Origin: Clostridiales bacterium
Lineage (GTDB): Bacteria > Bacillota > Clostridia > Oscillospirales > QAMX01
Assembly (NCBI GenBank): GCA_012800055.1
Contig: JAAZKA010000013.1
Location: 1 to 48,814, forward strand
Length of the DNA stretch: 48,814 nucleotides
Reading direction: 5' to 3'
Each line of letters opens with the position of its first letter. Positions within the stretch are counted from its first letter, which is position 1. The notes under the pieces are model-generated. The model ran no database searches and was not told where the DNA came from. It saw nothing but the letters and a program-made list of their open reading frames with translations. The translations under genes and the position numbers were made by a program. Shown here piece by piece: positions 9,148 to 18,433 of this stretch.

Positions 9148-11297
9148 TGCGGACAAATACCCTTTTCGTAGATTTCGTCAAGCTCCGCGAGCGCCCGTCT
9201 GGTCATGCGTTCCTTCCACTCCAGGTGCGCGCGGTCGCACATGTACTCCATGCTCGGCTCATACCCGAGGCGCGAATCGTATTCCACCAGCGGGATGGTC
9301 TCGCGGGCGTTGACAAGCTCCTGCTCGGCAATGGCACGCATCTCGTCGATCGTCGCGCGGACTTCGTCAGGTGTCAGCGATACTTGCGCACCGTCCTTGA
9401 TGACGGCCTCCTGTCCGGCGTTCCAGGACGGTTTGTTTCCCTTCGGCGGCAGAAGCTTACACTTCAGGATGAACCACTTCTTCACCGCGATGGTTGTCCG
9501 CGCGGCATGAGCGATGAAGCTGCCGAGCGCCCACATTCGCTTCGTCTCGTCGTACTGACGGCCGGTCAGCGACGGGAGAATGTCCGCGAGTTTCTGCGCA
9601 CCTTCCTCATACAGCCGCGCCATCTCCGTCAGGCTTTCGATCTCGTAATCGAGGTTCGCGCGGAGGTTGATATCGTAGTTGTACATCGTATGGCAGATTC
9701 TATTATTGCCGAAGTGGGCGTACGGCGGACTCTCGAGGATCGCTTCCTGACGGAACAGCAGCGGATACGCCGGGCCGATGCGGAACGGGCCGTACTGGTC
9801 GGGGTTGGTGGAGACATAGTGCCGGATGCCGTCGGACCACAGACGCCAGGTCTCAAGCACCGTGTCGACGTTCTTCTCTCCATGGTCGCGTGCGGCGATC
9901 TCACGCATCGCGGTGTCATAGTCCTCGGCGGGAAACCAGTAGGCGGTATTGGCAAGCTCCGACACGAACGACGGATAGAAGCCGTAGTGATGGCATTCCA
10001 TCAGACCCCGCAGTCCCCAGTTTTCGTGTGCTTTGACCATCCCGTCATAGCGGCGCTTCCACTGGTACGGCGCCGGCTCGTACGGCACCACGCCGATATC
10101 CCAGGTAAGCCCGCCGGTGTTCGCCATTGCGTAGAGCGGAATGCCGCGCCTGTGCGCGGCAATCGCCTCGGAGGTGAAATACTTGCCGGGGCCTTCGAAC
10201 ATCAATGTATAGTCTACACAGCGCACGGTCACACCCGGACGAGGATGGAACTGCTCGAACATCTCATAGGTTACCTGCAGCGAGATGTCCGTCGGCAGCG
10301 TTTCGATGAGCGCGATGCGGGCTTCCTCATTGACATAACCCCAGTTGTAGGTCCAGAAGACGAAGTCGGCGTCGGGCTTATATTTGCGGATGATGCCCTT
10401 TACGAGGTTGATCCACTCGGGGTAGTCATAGCACGGATACCAACCGGGACTCGGGCGGGTCTCGCCGGGCTTTTTCTCCAAACGCAGGCAGCCGGATGTG
10501 TGCGGGTCACGGCTGGGGAACTCGACGCTCTCGCCGACGAGTGTCACACCGCGCAAGCCGGGGCAGTTTTTAAAGAGATTGCCGTAGGTGCTTTCGTAGA
10601 ACGCGGGCGCGTCGGGGTCGTCCGGATGCTTCGGGCTTTTGTAGTAGCTGTAGGCGTAGACATCCATACCCATCCCGGCGGCACGATAGATGAGGTTATT
10701 AAGGTCGAGGTAGCCGTGCGGCGTGATGTTGAGGTCCTTGGTAAAAACGAGCAGCGCATCCATACCCATATGGGCGGCGGCGTTGATATGGGCATCGGGG
10801 AAATCGTCCAGCCCGAAGCCGGAGTGCACCATACGCGGGGAGAACAGCGGCTTCTTCTCTACCGTACCGCGTTCGATGATCGGGCCGCGGTGGATACCCA
10901 TGCGGCGTTCGAGGTAAAAACAGCCCTGTAAGGTACCGCGCGGGGTTGTTCCGCAGACCGTAATGCCGTCGCCCACGTCGAGCTTATATGCGGCAGGCTC
11001 CGTATACGCGGGCGCGAGCGCCGGAGTATGCGCAGCGTCGGTGAGTGTGATGCGGCCTTCGAGCGGCTCGCCGTCTTTACGCGGACGCGCACGCAGGCAG
11101 AGGTTCATGGATACCTCAAAGAAGTCGCGCAGATCGTGTGCGGCATGCAGCATCACGCGGTCTGCGTCGGCAGGGTAGACGATTTCCCAGCTTTCGTCGA
11201 CGGTCGTACCGGTGAGCTTTGTCCAGATGGCATCGTCGCGCAGACCTTTCTTGTGAACCTCCAGCAGGCGTTCGCGGAACTGATAGTTACGCTCCAT
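9144..11297 (-). CDS. Hypothetical 717-aa protein, glycoside-hydrolase-like (family not assignable by eye)
   Basis: Long ORF with coding-like composition. It is translationally coupled to the MFS gene. The N-terminal region (ITVCGTTPRGTLQGCFYLERRMG) resembles the N-domain of GH20/DUF4838-type enzymes, from memory only. Confidence 0.7.
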   Translation of the reverse strand: MERNYQFRERLLEVHKKGLRDDAIWTKLTGTTVDESWEIVYPADADRVMLHAAHDLRDFFEVSMNLCLRARPRKDGEPLEGRITLTDAAHTPALAPAYTEPAAYKLDVGDGITVCGTTPRGTLQGCFYLERRMGIHRGPIIERGTVEKKPLFSPRMVHSGFGLDDFPDAHINAAAHMGMDALLVFTKDLNITPHGYLDLNNLIYRAAGMGMDVYAYSYYKSPKHPDDPDAPAFYESTYGNLFKNCPGLRGVTLVGESVEFPSRDPHTSGCLRLEKKPGETRPSPGWYPCYDYPEWINLVKGIIRKYKPDADFVFWTYNWGYVNEEARIALIETLPTDISLQVTYEMFEQFHPRPGVTVRCVDYTLMFEGPGKYFTSEAIAAHRRGIPLYAMANTGGLTWDIGVVPYEPAPYQWKRRYDGMVKAHENWGLRGLMECHHYGFYPSFVSELANTAYWFPAEDYDTAMREIAARDHGEKNVDTVLETWRLWSDGIRHYVSTNPDQYGPFRIGPAYPLLFRQEAILESPPYAHFGNNRICHTMYNYDINLRANLDYEIESLTEMARLYEEGAQKLADILPSLTGRQYDETKRMWALGSFIAHAARTTIAVKKWFILKCKLLPPKGNKPSWNAGQEAVIKDGAQVSLTPDEVRATIDEMRAIAEQELVNARETIPLVEYDSRLGYEPSMEYMCDRAHLEWKERMTRRALAELDEIYEKGICPQ

Positions 11298-11374
11298 GTC
11301 ATGAGTCCTCCCGTCAGGTAAAATACTTTACTTCATTATAACTGCAAATCACCGTGCTGTCAAGGAAAACGCTC

Positions 11375-11403
11375 TTGTTTTTTCTCATGCGGTGTGGTAT
11401 AAT
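11375..11403 (+). promoter_or_regulatory. Candidate promoter for the PHP / DUF4091 operon
   Basis: TTGTTT (11375-11380), a 17-nt spacer, then TGgTATAAT with an extended -10 (TATAAT at 11398-11403). Confidence 0.45.
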
Positions 11404-11438
11404 GCACATAAACCATTTTGCGTACAAGGAGTGTTTCC

Positions 11439-12224
11439 ATGTTCTTGAATCAGGATTTGCATGTACATACAAACCTGTCCCTATGCGCAAAGTCCGACGC
11501 GACGGTCGACGCCTACCTTGCGCTGTGTAAGGACGAGGGCATCACGACCATCGGCTTCTCCGACCACTTCTGGGATCCGAATGTCCCCGGAGCGAGCGAC
11601 TGGTACGCAAAGCAGGACTTTACCCACATCAACGTCCTGCGCACGCGTATCCCGAAGGATACACATGGGGTGCAGGTACGTTTCGGCTGTGAGACGGAGT
11701 ACTGCGGTCACGGCAAGCTGGGAATTTCCCGCGAGACGGCGCGGCTGCTGGACTTTGTGCTTGTCCCGACGTCGCATACGCATATGAAGGGCTTCACGGT
11801 GCCGTTTGACCTGCACACCCCGGAGCAGTACCGGCGGATCATGCTCGACCGCACCTACGAGGTTGTCCACATGGGCATTGCGACGGGCATCGCGCATCCG
11901 TTCGTACCGCTCGGCTGCACCTGCATTGAGGAGACGCTGCACGGCATCACCGATTCAGATTACCGCAAGGTCTGCGAAGCTGCGGCGAAGAACGGTGTCG
12001 CGATGGAGATCAACCCCGACATCTTCAACCACAAGTGCGCGGACGACGCCGACGGTCAGCCCGGAGAGTACCGCCGCTTTTTCACGATTGCGCGGGAGTG
12101 CGGCTGTAAATTCTTCGCCGGATGTGACGCCCATACGCCGAAGAGTTTCCTCTGTCATGACCGCATCCGTGAATTCGCGAGAATCTGCGGTATCACCGAG
12201 GACAACATATTCATCCTCGCGTAA
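11439..12224 (+). CDS. PHP-domain phosphoesterase (second copy in window)
   Basis: AAGGAG lies 7 nt upstream of ATG 11439 (the ORF-track start 11418 is TTG). Motifs are DLHVHTNLSLCA, FSDHFWD and THTHMKG. Confidence 0.8.
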   Translation: MFLNQDLHVHTNLSLCAKSDATVDAYLALCKDEGITTIGFSDHFWDPNVPGASDWYAKQDFTHINVLRTRIPKDTHGVQVRFGCETEYCGHGKLGISRETARLLDFVLVPTSHTHMKGFTVPFDLHTPEQYRRIMLDRTYEVVHMGIATGIAHPFVPLGCTCIEETLHGITDSDYRKVCEAAAKNGVAMEINPDIFNHKCADDADGQPGEYRRFFTIARECGCKFFAGCDAHTPKSFLCHDRIREFARICGITEDNIFILA

Positions 12225-12244
12225 CAATCAAAGGAGCGTATCAT

Positions 12245-12646
12245 TTGAACTGGTTAGCGCGTTTTATGTACGGCAGGCGCGGAATGGATCAATTCGGCTT
12301 GGCGCTTGTAGCCACATACGTCCTTATGGCGTTTATTGCGACCATCACGCAGGTCTTTGCGATTCAGTATGTCGGATTTGCGCTGTGTGTGTATGAGCTG
12401 TACCGGATGTTCTCGCGCAATATCGCCGCGCGCGAGCGTGAGAACAACTGGTTTCTGCGCTGGGCACGTCCGATCTATACGAAGATCGGGAGATTCCTCT
12501 CCCGTGTGATCCGCGAATTCCGCGATAAAGAACACCACTACTTCAACTGCCCCAAGTGCAAGACCCGCCTGCGCGTACCGAAGAACCGCGGTACGCTGCG
12601 CGTTACCTGCCCCAAGTGCGGCGAGGTGATGAATGTCAAGTCATGA
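12245..12646 (+). CDS. Small membrane protein with C-terminal zinc ribbon
   Basis: AAAGGAG lies 7 nt upstream of TTG 12245. The product has hydrophobic segments, then CPKC...(15 aa)...CPKC. Confidence 0.65.
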   Translation: MNWLARFMYGRRGMDQFGLALVATYVLMAFIATITQVFAIQYVGFALCVYELYRMFSRNIAARERENNWFLRWARPIYTKIGRFLSRVIREFRDKEHHYFNCPKCKTRLRVPKNRGTLRVTCPKCGEVMNVKS

Positions 12647-12663
12647 GATAAAGGAGAACCGTC

Positions 12664-14289
12664 ATGCAAACCTTTGAAACCCGTCTTTTTTCCTCACTGG
12701 TGAAGGTCTTCCCCGATGAGACTCCGTCTGCGCATCCGTACGCCGTCGGGACATCCCTGTGCGGTGAGGTCTACTCGTTCCAGCTCGCCTACCGCTTCAC
12801 CGAACGCGTCACCGGCGACTTTTCCGTGAATGTCGAAGGCTGTCCCGACCCGGTGACTGTCCGCGACGTTGCGTGCGTACCGTGCATGCAGCCGATCTAC
12901 AAGGTCCACGATGAAAACGTCCTGCGCACAAAACCCGGTCTGTTCCCGGACGTCCTGCAGCCGCTCGAGCCGATGTACTGCCACGCGGCAAACGTATGGC
13001 ACAGCGCGTGGATCACCGTCGACGTCGCGACACCCGGTACGCACAAGCTCGATGTCGTGTGTACCTTCGACGGCGCGGAGATATCCCGCGACACCTTTAC
13101 GCTCACGGTGATCGACGCGGTACTGCCGGCGCAGAAGCTGCTGTATACCAACTGGTTCCACGTCGACGGCATCACCGGCTACTACCATGTGGAGCCGTGG
13201 AGTGAACGTGGCTGGGAGCTGATTGAACGCTTCATGGCGATGGGAGCGTCCAGAGGTTTGAACCTGATCCTGACGCCGGTATTCACGCCGCCGCTTGACA
13301 CGGCTGTAGGCGGCGAGCGCGAGACCGTGCAGCTCGTTGAAGTAACCGTGAAAGACGGGAAGTACACATTCGGATTCGACCGGCTGCGCAGGTGGATTGC
13401 CTGCTGTAAGCGCACGGGAATCGCAAACCTGGAGATTTCGCACCTTTACACGCAATGGGGCGCCGAGCACGCACCGAAGGTCGTCGCGACGGTCGACGGT
13501 GTGGAAAAGCGCATCTTCGGCTGGGACACCGATGCCGCCGGCGACGAGTACCGCGCGTTTCTGGCAGCTTTTATCCCGGAGCTTTTAAAGGTGCTCAAGG
13601 ACGAGGGTATGGACAAGCACACCTACTTCCACGTCTCCGACGAGCCGTCGATCGACCATCTGGAGCAGTATAAGAACGTCGGCGGGTATCTCAGGAGTCT
13701 GATCCCGGGATACCCGGTGATGGACGCGCTGTCAAACTATGACTTCTACGCGACCGGTGCCGTTCCGCTGCCGATTCCCGCGACAAACCACATCGAGCCG
13801 TTCCTCGAGCATAATGTCCCGGGGCTGTGGACATACTACTGCTGTGGTCAGAACATCGACGTCTGCAACCGCTTTCTGGCGTTCCCGTCACAGAGGAACC
13901 GTGCGCTCGGAACCCAGCTTTACAAGTACCGCATCGCGGGTTTCTTACAGTGGGGGTACAACTTCTATAACTCCTGCCTGTCACGTACGAAGATCGACCC
14001 CTACCGTGTGACCGACGCGGGCGAAGCATTCCCGGGCGGCGACGCGTTCGTTGTCTATCCCGGCCCGAACGGCCCCTATGCGTCCATCCGGCTGGAGGTC
14101 TTCCATGAAGCGCTGCAGGATCAACGGGCGTTCGATTACGCCGAAAGCCTTGCAGGACGCGATGCGGTGATGGAGATTCTCGAGGACGGCATTGATCCCA
14201 TTACATTCAAGAGCTACCCGCACGGCGACGACTGGCTGCTCGGTGTGCGTGATCGCATAAATCGGCTGATCGCGAAGTACAGGGCATAA
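12664..14289 (+). CDS. DUF4091-like (glycoside-hydrolase-like) protein
   Basis: AAAGGAGAA lies upstream of ATG 12664. The N-terminus MQTFETRLFSSLVKVFPDE and the 541-aa size are as I recall for DUF4091 proteins. The family call is from memory. Confidence 0.75.
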   Translation: MQTFETRLFSSLVKVFPDETPSAHPYAVGTSLCGEVYSFQLAYRFTERVTGDFSVNVEGCPDPVTVRDVACVPCMQPIYKVHDENVLRTKPGLFPDVLQPLEPMYCHAANVWHSAWITVDVATPGTHKLDVVCTFDGAEISRDTFTLTVIDAVLPAQKLLYTNWFHVDGITGYYHVEPWSERGWELIERFMAMGASRGLNLILTPVFTPPLDTAVGGERETVQLVEVTVKDGKYTFGFDRLRRWIACCKRTGIANLEISHLYTQWGAEHAPKVVATVDGVEKRIFGWDTDAAGDEYRAFLAAFIPELLKVLKDEGMDKHTYFHVSDEPSIDHLEQYKNVGGYLRSLIPGYPVMDALSNYDFYATGAVPLPIPATNHIEPFLEHNVPGLWTYYCCGQNIDVCNRFLAFPSQRNRALGTQLYKYRIAGFLQWGYNFYNSCLSRTKIDPYRVTDAGEAFPGGDAFVVYPGPNGPYASIRLEVFHEALQDQRAFDYAESLAGRDAVMEILEDGIDPITFKSYPHGDDWLLGVRDRINRLIAKYRA

Positions 14290-14296
14290 AGAATCA

Positions 14297-14333
14297 GCGT
14301 GGGAGCCAAATCCGGCTCCCACGCTTTTATTTG
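14297..14333 (+). terminator. Rho-independent terminator after the DUF4091-like gene
   Basis: Stem GCGTGGGAGCC / GGCTCCCACGC with a 6-nt loop, followed by TTTTATTT. Confidence 0.75.
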
Positions 14334-14348
14334 ACTGAGGTGAGGTTT

Positions 14349-14666
14349 ATGAGCGACACCTTTGCGCGCATCTACGAGCAGGTACGGCGCATCCCGAAAG
14401 GAAAGGTCGCGTCGTACGGGCAAATCGCGGCGCTCGCGGGAAATCCGCGGTGGTCGCGTGTGGTGGGCTACGCGCTGCACGTCAATCCGGAGCCGGGCGT
14501 GATTCCGTGCCACCGCGTGGTGACGCGGTTCGGGGAGACGTCGCAGGCATTCGCGTTCGGCGGGAGCGACATCCAGCGCACTTTATTGGAGGACGAGGGC
14601 GTGACGTTCCTGCCGGACGGACGTGTGGATATGGAAAAGCATCGGTGGTGCGGAGACGAGGATTAG
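14349..14666 (+). CDS. MGMT-family protein (methylated-DNA--protein-cysteine methyltransferase DNA-binding/active-site domain only)
   Basis: GAGGTGAGG lies upstream of ATG 14349. The product has a helix-turn-helix SYGQIAALAG and the active-site motif IPCHRVV. At about 105 aa it lacks the N-terminal Ada/Ogt domain. Confidence 0.85.
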   Translation: MSDTFARIYEQVRRIPKGKVASYGQIAALAGNPRWSRVVGYALHVNPEPGVIPCHRVVTRFGETSQAFAFGGSDIQRTLLEDEGVTFLPDGRVDMEKHRWCGDED

Positions 14667-15724
14667 TCCGCCAGCCAGCTTTCCAGATGCTCGCGGACAA
14701 ATTTGTCATCGTTGAGGTGCGGGTACATGCGGTAGACGCGGGTGATCTCGTCGGCCTGACCGGGTGAGAGCACCTCGTCGGGGTTGAGACAGCGGGTGCA
14801 GGTCATCAGACCCTGACGCCGCAGCACCTCATGGACACCCGGGATGCAGCCGGCGAACTGATTGGCTGCGTCGAAGAATGCAGCGTTACAGTCGGTAATC
14901 TCAATGCCGAGAGTTAAAAGCGACGTCGGTATCTCCTCCGATGCGGCGGCAGCTCTGAGCATACCGAACATGTCGACGACCGTTTTCGTCCACATCGACC
15001 AATGACCGAGGAGACCTCCGTCGAAGCCCTTCTCGACGACCGTGCCGTCTTCCTTCGTGAAGCGATACTTTGTGAGCAGGTCGAGGACAATGTTGTCATC
15101 ATTGCCGGTATAGAGCGTGACCTCATCGGGACGGGAGGACATCGCGACAGCGCGGACGACGTCGAGAGTCTGGTAGCGGTTGAACGGCGCAGCCTTGATT
15201 GCTACGACGCTTTTCAGCTCGCACAGCTTCTGCCAGTACTCAAACGGCAGCACACGTCCGCCGACGGAGGGCTGAAGGTAGAAGCCGACGACCGGCATGA
15301 TTTCCCCGACCTCAGCGGTACGCGAGATGAGCTGATCGATGCTCCAATCTGCGAGTCCGCCTGCGGAAAGCAGCACGGCGTCATAACCTTCAGACTTGGC
15401 AAACTCCGCTTCGGAGACAGCCTGCGCGGTCGGCCCGCAGCAGCCCGCGACACGCAGGATTGTCTTCCCGGTACGCGCCTCGAAGCGGTCGGTTTCTTCC
15501 TTAGCGATGCGCAGAATCGGCCGGAACAGTCCGATCTTCGGGTTGCGGATGGCAAACTGAGTTGTATGGACGGCGACAGCCAATCCGCCGACACCGGCGT
15601 CGAGATAATAGCGGATGAGTGCGCGCTGACGGCGTTCATCAAAGGAGCCGTCCTCCGTGAGTGTCAGCGGGAACGCAGGGATAACGGTACCCGTACGCAG
15701 GACCTTCAGAGCTTCCGGACGCAT
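14663..15724 (-). CDS. Dihydrodipicolinate synthase (DapA/NAL) family class-I aldolase-like protein
   Basis: GGGGAG lies 6 nt upstream of ATG 15724, which shares one nt with the upstream stop (TGATG). Size (353 aa) and N-terminal pattern TGTVIPAFPLTLTEDGSFDERRQRALIRYYLDAGVGGLAV fit the family. The family call is moderately confident. Confidence 0.75.
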   Translation of the reverse strand: MRPEALKVLRTGTVIPAFPLTLTEDGSFDERRQRALIRYYLDAGVGGLAVAVHTTQFAIRNPKIGLFRPILRIAKEETDRFEARTGKTILRVAGCCGPTAQAVSEAEFAKSEGYDAVLLSAGGLADWSIDQLISRTAEVGEIMPVVGFYLQPSVGGRVLPFEYWQKLCELKSVVAIKAAPFNRYQTLDVVRAVAMSSRPDEVTLYTGNDDNIVLDLLTKYRFTKEDGTVVEKGFDGGLLGHWSMWTKTVVDMFGMLRAAAASEEIPTSLLTLGIEITDCNAAFFDAANQFAGCIPGVHEVLRRQGLMTCTRCLNPDEVLSPGQADEITRVYRMYPHLNDDKFVREHLESWLAD

Positions 15725-16761
15725 CAATAGCTCCCCTTTCTTTCTTCAAAGTGAGTAGGTTTATTGAGTGTACTCCCGCCGTCGAGAATCCACTCGGCCT
15801 GCCAGTCGAGCATCTGACGCAGCGTGACGGTCGGGTAGCCGAAGAGCTGATGGCACAGAGACGCATTCTCTAGGTACGCATCAGGAGCTTCGACACCGAT
15901 AAAAGCCGGAGTCTTGCCGAAACGCTTGCCGAACTCCTCCGCCGCCCAGCGGACGCCGACAATCTCGGGACCGGTGACGTTGAGTTTCTTCGCGGGGCTT
16001 TCGGCACAGATCAGGCTGCGGATGGCCAGCTCATTGGCGTCGCCCTGCCAGATGCAGTTGAAGCAGCCGTTTTCCAGCACGATGGGCTGCTCGGCGTAGA
16101 CCTTCGACGCGATGTCGTAGAGAACGCCGTAGCGCAGTGCGATGGCATAGCTCAGACGGAACAGCGTGACCTTGGTGCCATAGTGAAGGGAGCCGTACTC
16201 AAAGATGCGCTCACGTGCAAGTACGCTCTGCGCATATTCACCGATGGCGTGCGGGCGGATATCCTCCGATGCGCCGCCGGATGCTGCCGGGACAATCGGA
16301 TTGATGTTGCCGCTGGAAAATACGACGATGCGCGACTCGCGGAAGCGCTCGGCAGTCAGCGCCGGCAGCCAGGCGTTCATCGACCAGGTAAACGGTTCCT
16401 GACCGTCGGTGCCGAACTTACGGCCGGCCATGAAGATGATATTTGCGCAGTCGGGGAGCCTATCAAGCGTACCGCGTACCATCAGGTCGGACGAGATGGT
16501 CTCGACGCTGCCGTTGTGTAAAAGCTCAAGGGCAGCGGGGTCTGAGAAGCGGGAGACGGCGATAATCTTTTTATCGATTCCGGCTTTCATCACCGCGTTT
16601 TTCGCAAGCAGCGCGAGCGTCGGTCCCATCTTCCCACCCGCTCCGAGAATCATGATATCGCCCTTGATCTTCGCAATGTCCTCGACCAGACGTGCGGAGG
16701 GAATTGTCAGTAGAGTGTCCAGCTTTTCTTCGGTCCACATAAGCCAAATCTTCCTTTCCAT
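15724..16761 (-). CDS. NAD(P)-dependent epimerase/dehydratase-family oxidoreductase
   Basis: Rossmann motif IMILGAGGKMGPTLA near the N-terminus. The product is 345 aa. Confidence 0.8.
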   Translation of the reverse strand: MERKIWLMWTEEKLDTLLTIPSARLVEDIAKIKGDIMILGAGGKMGPTLALLAKNAVMKAGIDKKIIAVSRFSDPAALELLHNGSVETISSDLMVRGTLDRLPDCANIIFMAGRKFGTDGQEPFTWSMNAWLPALTAERFRESRIVVFSSGNINPIVPAASGGASEDIRPHAIGEYAQSVLARERIFEYGSLHYGTKVTLFRLSYAIALRYGVLYDIASKVYAEQPIVLENGCFNCIWQGDANELAIRSLICAESPAKKLNVTGPEIVGVRWAAEEFGKRFGKTPAFIGVEAPDAYLENASLCHQLFGYPTVTLRQMLDWQAEWILDGGSTLNKPTHFEERKGSY

Positions 16762-16869
16762 AACAGTACATTTTGTATTATTTTACACCAACCATACGGG
16801 AAAAGTCAATATACGACACGACGATTTTGTGCGTTCATCGGGAATAATTATATTTTCGGGAATTAGGGC

Positions 16870-16898
16870 TTGACGAATTGGAAAAAATGTGATATACT
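16870..16898 (+). promoter_or_regulatory. Candidate promoter for tRNA-Thr
   Basis: TTGACG (16870-16875), a 17-nt spacer, then TGaTATACT with an extended -10 (16893-16898). It lies about 90 nt upstream of the tRNA. Confidence 0.5.
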
Positions 16899-16986
16899 GG
16901 CGGAGGCTTTTGGAAAAACCTTCCGATATAATCATAAGCGCACTATTGACGCGCGTTTCGGTTTGGGGATTCCGACTGCCCACTAT

Positions 16987-17062
16987 GCTGTTGTGGCTCA
17001 GCTGGTAGAGCAGCGCACTCGTAATGCGCAGGTCGCCGGTTCGAATCCGGCCAACAGCTCCA
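16987..17062 (+). tRNA. tRNA-Thr (anticodon CGU), CCA encoded
   Basis: Cloverleaf read by hand: acceptor GCTGTTG/CAACAGC, D-arm GCTC-AGCTGGTA-GAGC, anticodon arm GCGCA-CTCGTAA-TGCGC, T-arm GCCGG-TTCGAAT-CCGGC, discriminator T, then CCA. Confidence 0.95.
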
Positions 17063-17064
17063 GT

Positions 17065-17101
17065 AAATGCACCTTTGTCATATGGCGGAGGTGCATTTTT
17101 C
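17065..17101 (+). terminator. Rho-independent terminator of the tRNA transcript
   Basis: 10-bp stem AAATGCACCT / AGGTGCATTT with a 14-nt loop, followed by a T-run. Confidence 0.75.
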
Positions 17102-17392
17102 ATAATGAAACGGAAGTTTCTTATATCGGCATCCGATCATATCATCTGCCTGCGTCCCGGTGACCGTCGGACGGCCCATCTGAAAAAGGTGGTCAATAAT
17201 CCGTCCATCGAGGTCGGTAACTACATGATGTACAATCACCTTTTCAAAATCTTCTTCGACGCCCGGGGTCTGGATGTTACGTACATTGCCGACGCAATAT
17301 ACATCCCTCTTTCCCATATTCTCGCTCAGATCACAGAAGTTCTTATCATATTGTGAGCTGTTTCATAGGCGGTCACCTCAATAAACTGGAAA

Positions 17393-18262
17393 TCAGCGAG
17401 CTGCCTCATAAGCTCTGATTCCCGCTTCAGTATCCGGCTTTAGAATCAACTGTTTGAACAGCCAATTACCCGGCAAAATGTCGTTCCCATAAAAACGAAT
17501 CTCTTTTTTCAGTTTTTGGGGGGATAGATGGATTTCTGACGCAACAGCTTCCGGTATATCTGTGTGAATCGGATTTCCTTCTGCGGCATAGATTTTACTC
17601 ATACCATTCATTTTGAATCCATGTTTCTTCATCATAGCACCCATTATCCCGGGCATATTTTCAAGTTTTCCCTTGCTGTTCACATACACAACGGGAACCC
17701 CAAAAGCATCCACATACATCAGGCAACGAATATCATTCCCCCGCTGCTCCTTTTCGGGCTTTTTCGGATCTGCAGGTGCTCCGTGCGGGAAAAGAATCAA
17801 CGACAACTCTTCATCTTTCACATTCTCATAAAAGTGTTTGCGTCTGGAATCATAGCAGATGCCTACTCCGACTTTTCCGAAAGGAGTCGCAATCACACTT
17901 CCAAAATCACCGCGTTTGAACACTGCGGATTCGCCTTCCGATTTGGAAACGATACCGCAAATACCATCAGGGCCGGCAATCAGGTAGCGGTTATAATAAT
18001 CCCTGTTTTCTTTATCCAAAAAGCCGACACCAATGAATGTATGATATTTTTGAGCAATCTGCACTGCCCATGATGATGTGTCCTGTCCACGATCGTCGGC
18101 ATATTTCCATATTTCCTGACTTGCCATGTAGCTGCAGTAAGCCAGTTCGGGAAGAACCACGAGCTTCGGAGATGGCAGACGCTCAATCAGTTTCTCAATA
18201 TATTCTTTTCTCTGTGCAATGCCTTTAATGTCATTGTTTAATTCCAAAGCAAAGATGCGCAC
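17393..18262 (-). CDS. Carbon-nitrogen hydrolase (nitrilase-superfamily) protein
   Basis: I trimmed the ORF-track start 18334 to GTG 18262, which has GGAGGTGG 6 nt upstream. Motifs are VVLPELAYCSY (catalytic Glu region) and GVGICYDSRR (catalytic Cys). Low-GC composition. Confidence 0.85.
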   Translation of the reverse strand: MRIFALELNNDIKGIAQRKEYIEKLIERLPSPKLVVLPELAYCSYMASQEIWKYADDRGQDTSSWAVQIAQKYHTFIGVGFLDKENRDYYNRYLIAGPDGICGIVSKSEGESAVFKRGDFGSVIATPFGKVGVGICYDSRRKHFYENVKDEELSLILFPHGAPADPKKPEKEQRGNDIRCLMYVDAFGVPVVYVNSKGKLENMPGIMGAMMKKHGFKMNGMSKIYAAEGNPIHTDIPEAVASEIHLSPQKLKKEIRFYGNDILPGNWLFKQLILKPDTEAGIRAYEAAR

Positions 18263-18416
18263 GATGAACCACCTCCGCAGACTGCAATTTTTCTTGCTCT
18301 CTATTATAGGGACTGAGTGTTGACCTTTCTTCAAAAATGCCGGGACGACCCGACTTCAACATAGGTACCTCTCAAGTGTCGTATCGTTCCATAGCTTCAT
18401 GTTGAAGCTGTTCGAC

Positions 18417-18433
18417 TTAAAAACCTTAAAACC
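18417..18433. repeat. Left copy of a perfect 17-bp inverted repeat (TTAAAAACCTTAAAACC)
   Basis: It is the exact reverse complement of 21769-21785, read directly from the sequence. Confidence 0.9.

Noticed and set aside
9135-10931. 598-aa plus-strand ORF
   Set aside because: It lies entirely antisense to the 717-aa minus-strand gene. It has an Arg/Val/Gly-rich low-information composition, no RBS and no recognisable motifs. This is the typical shadow ORF of a high-GC gene.
16783-17103. 106-aa minus-strand ORF
   Set aside because: It overlaps the tRNA-Thr gene and its terminator. It is an artefact of the ORF scan.
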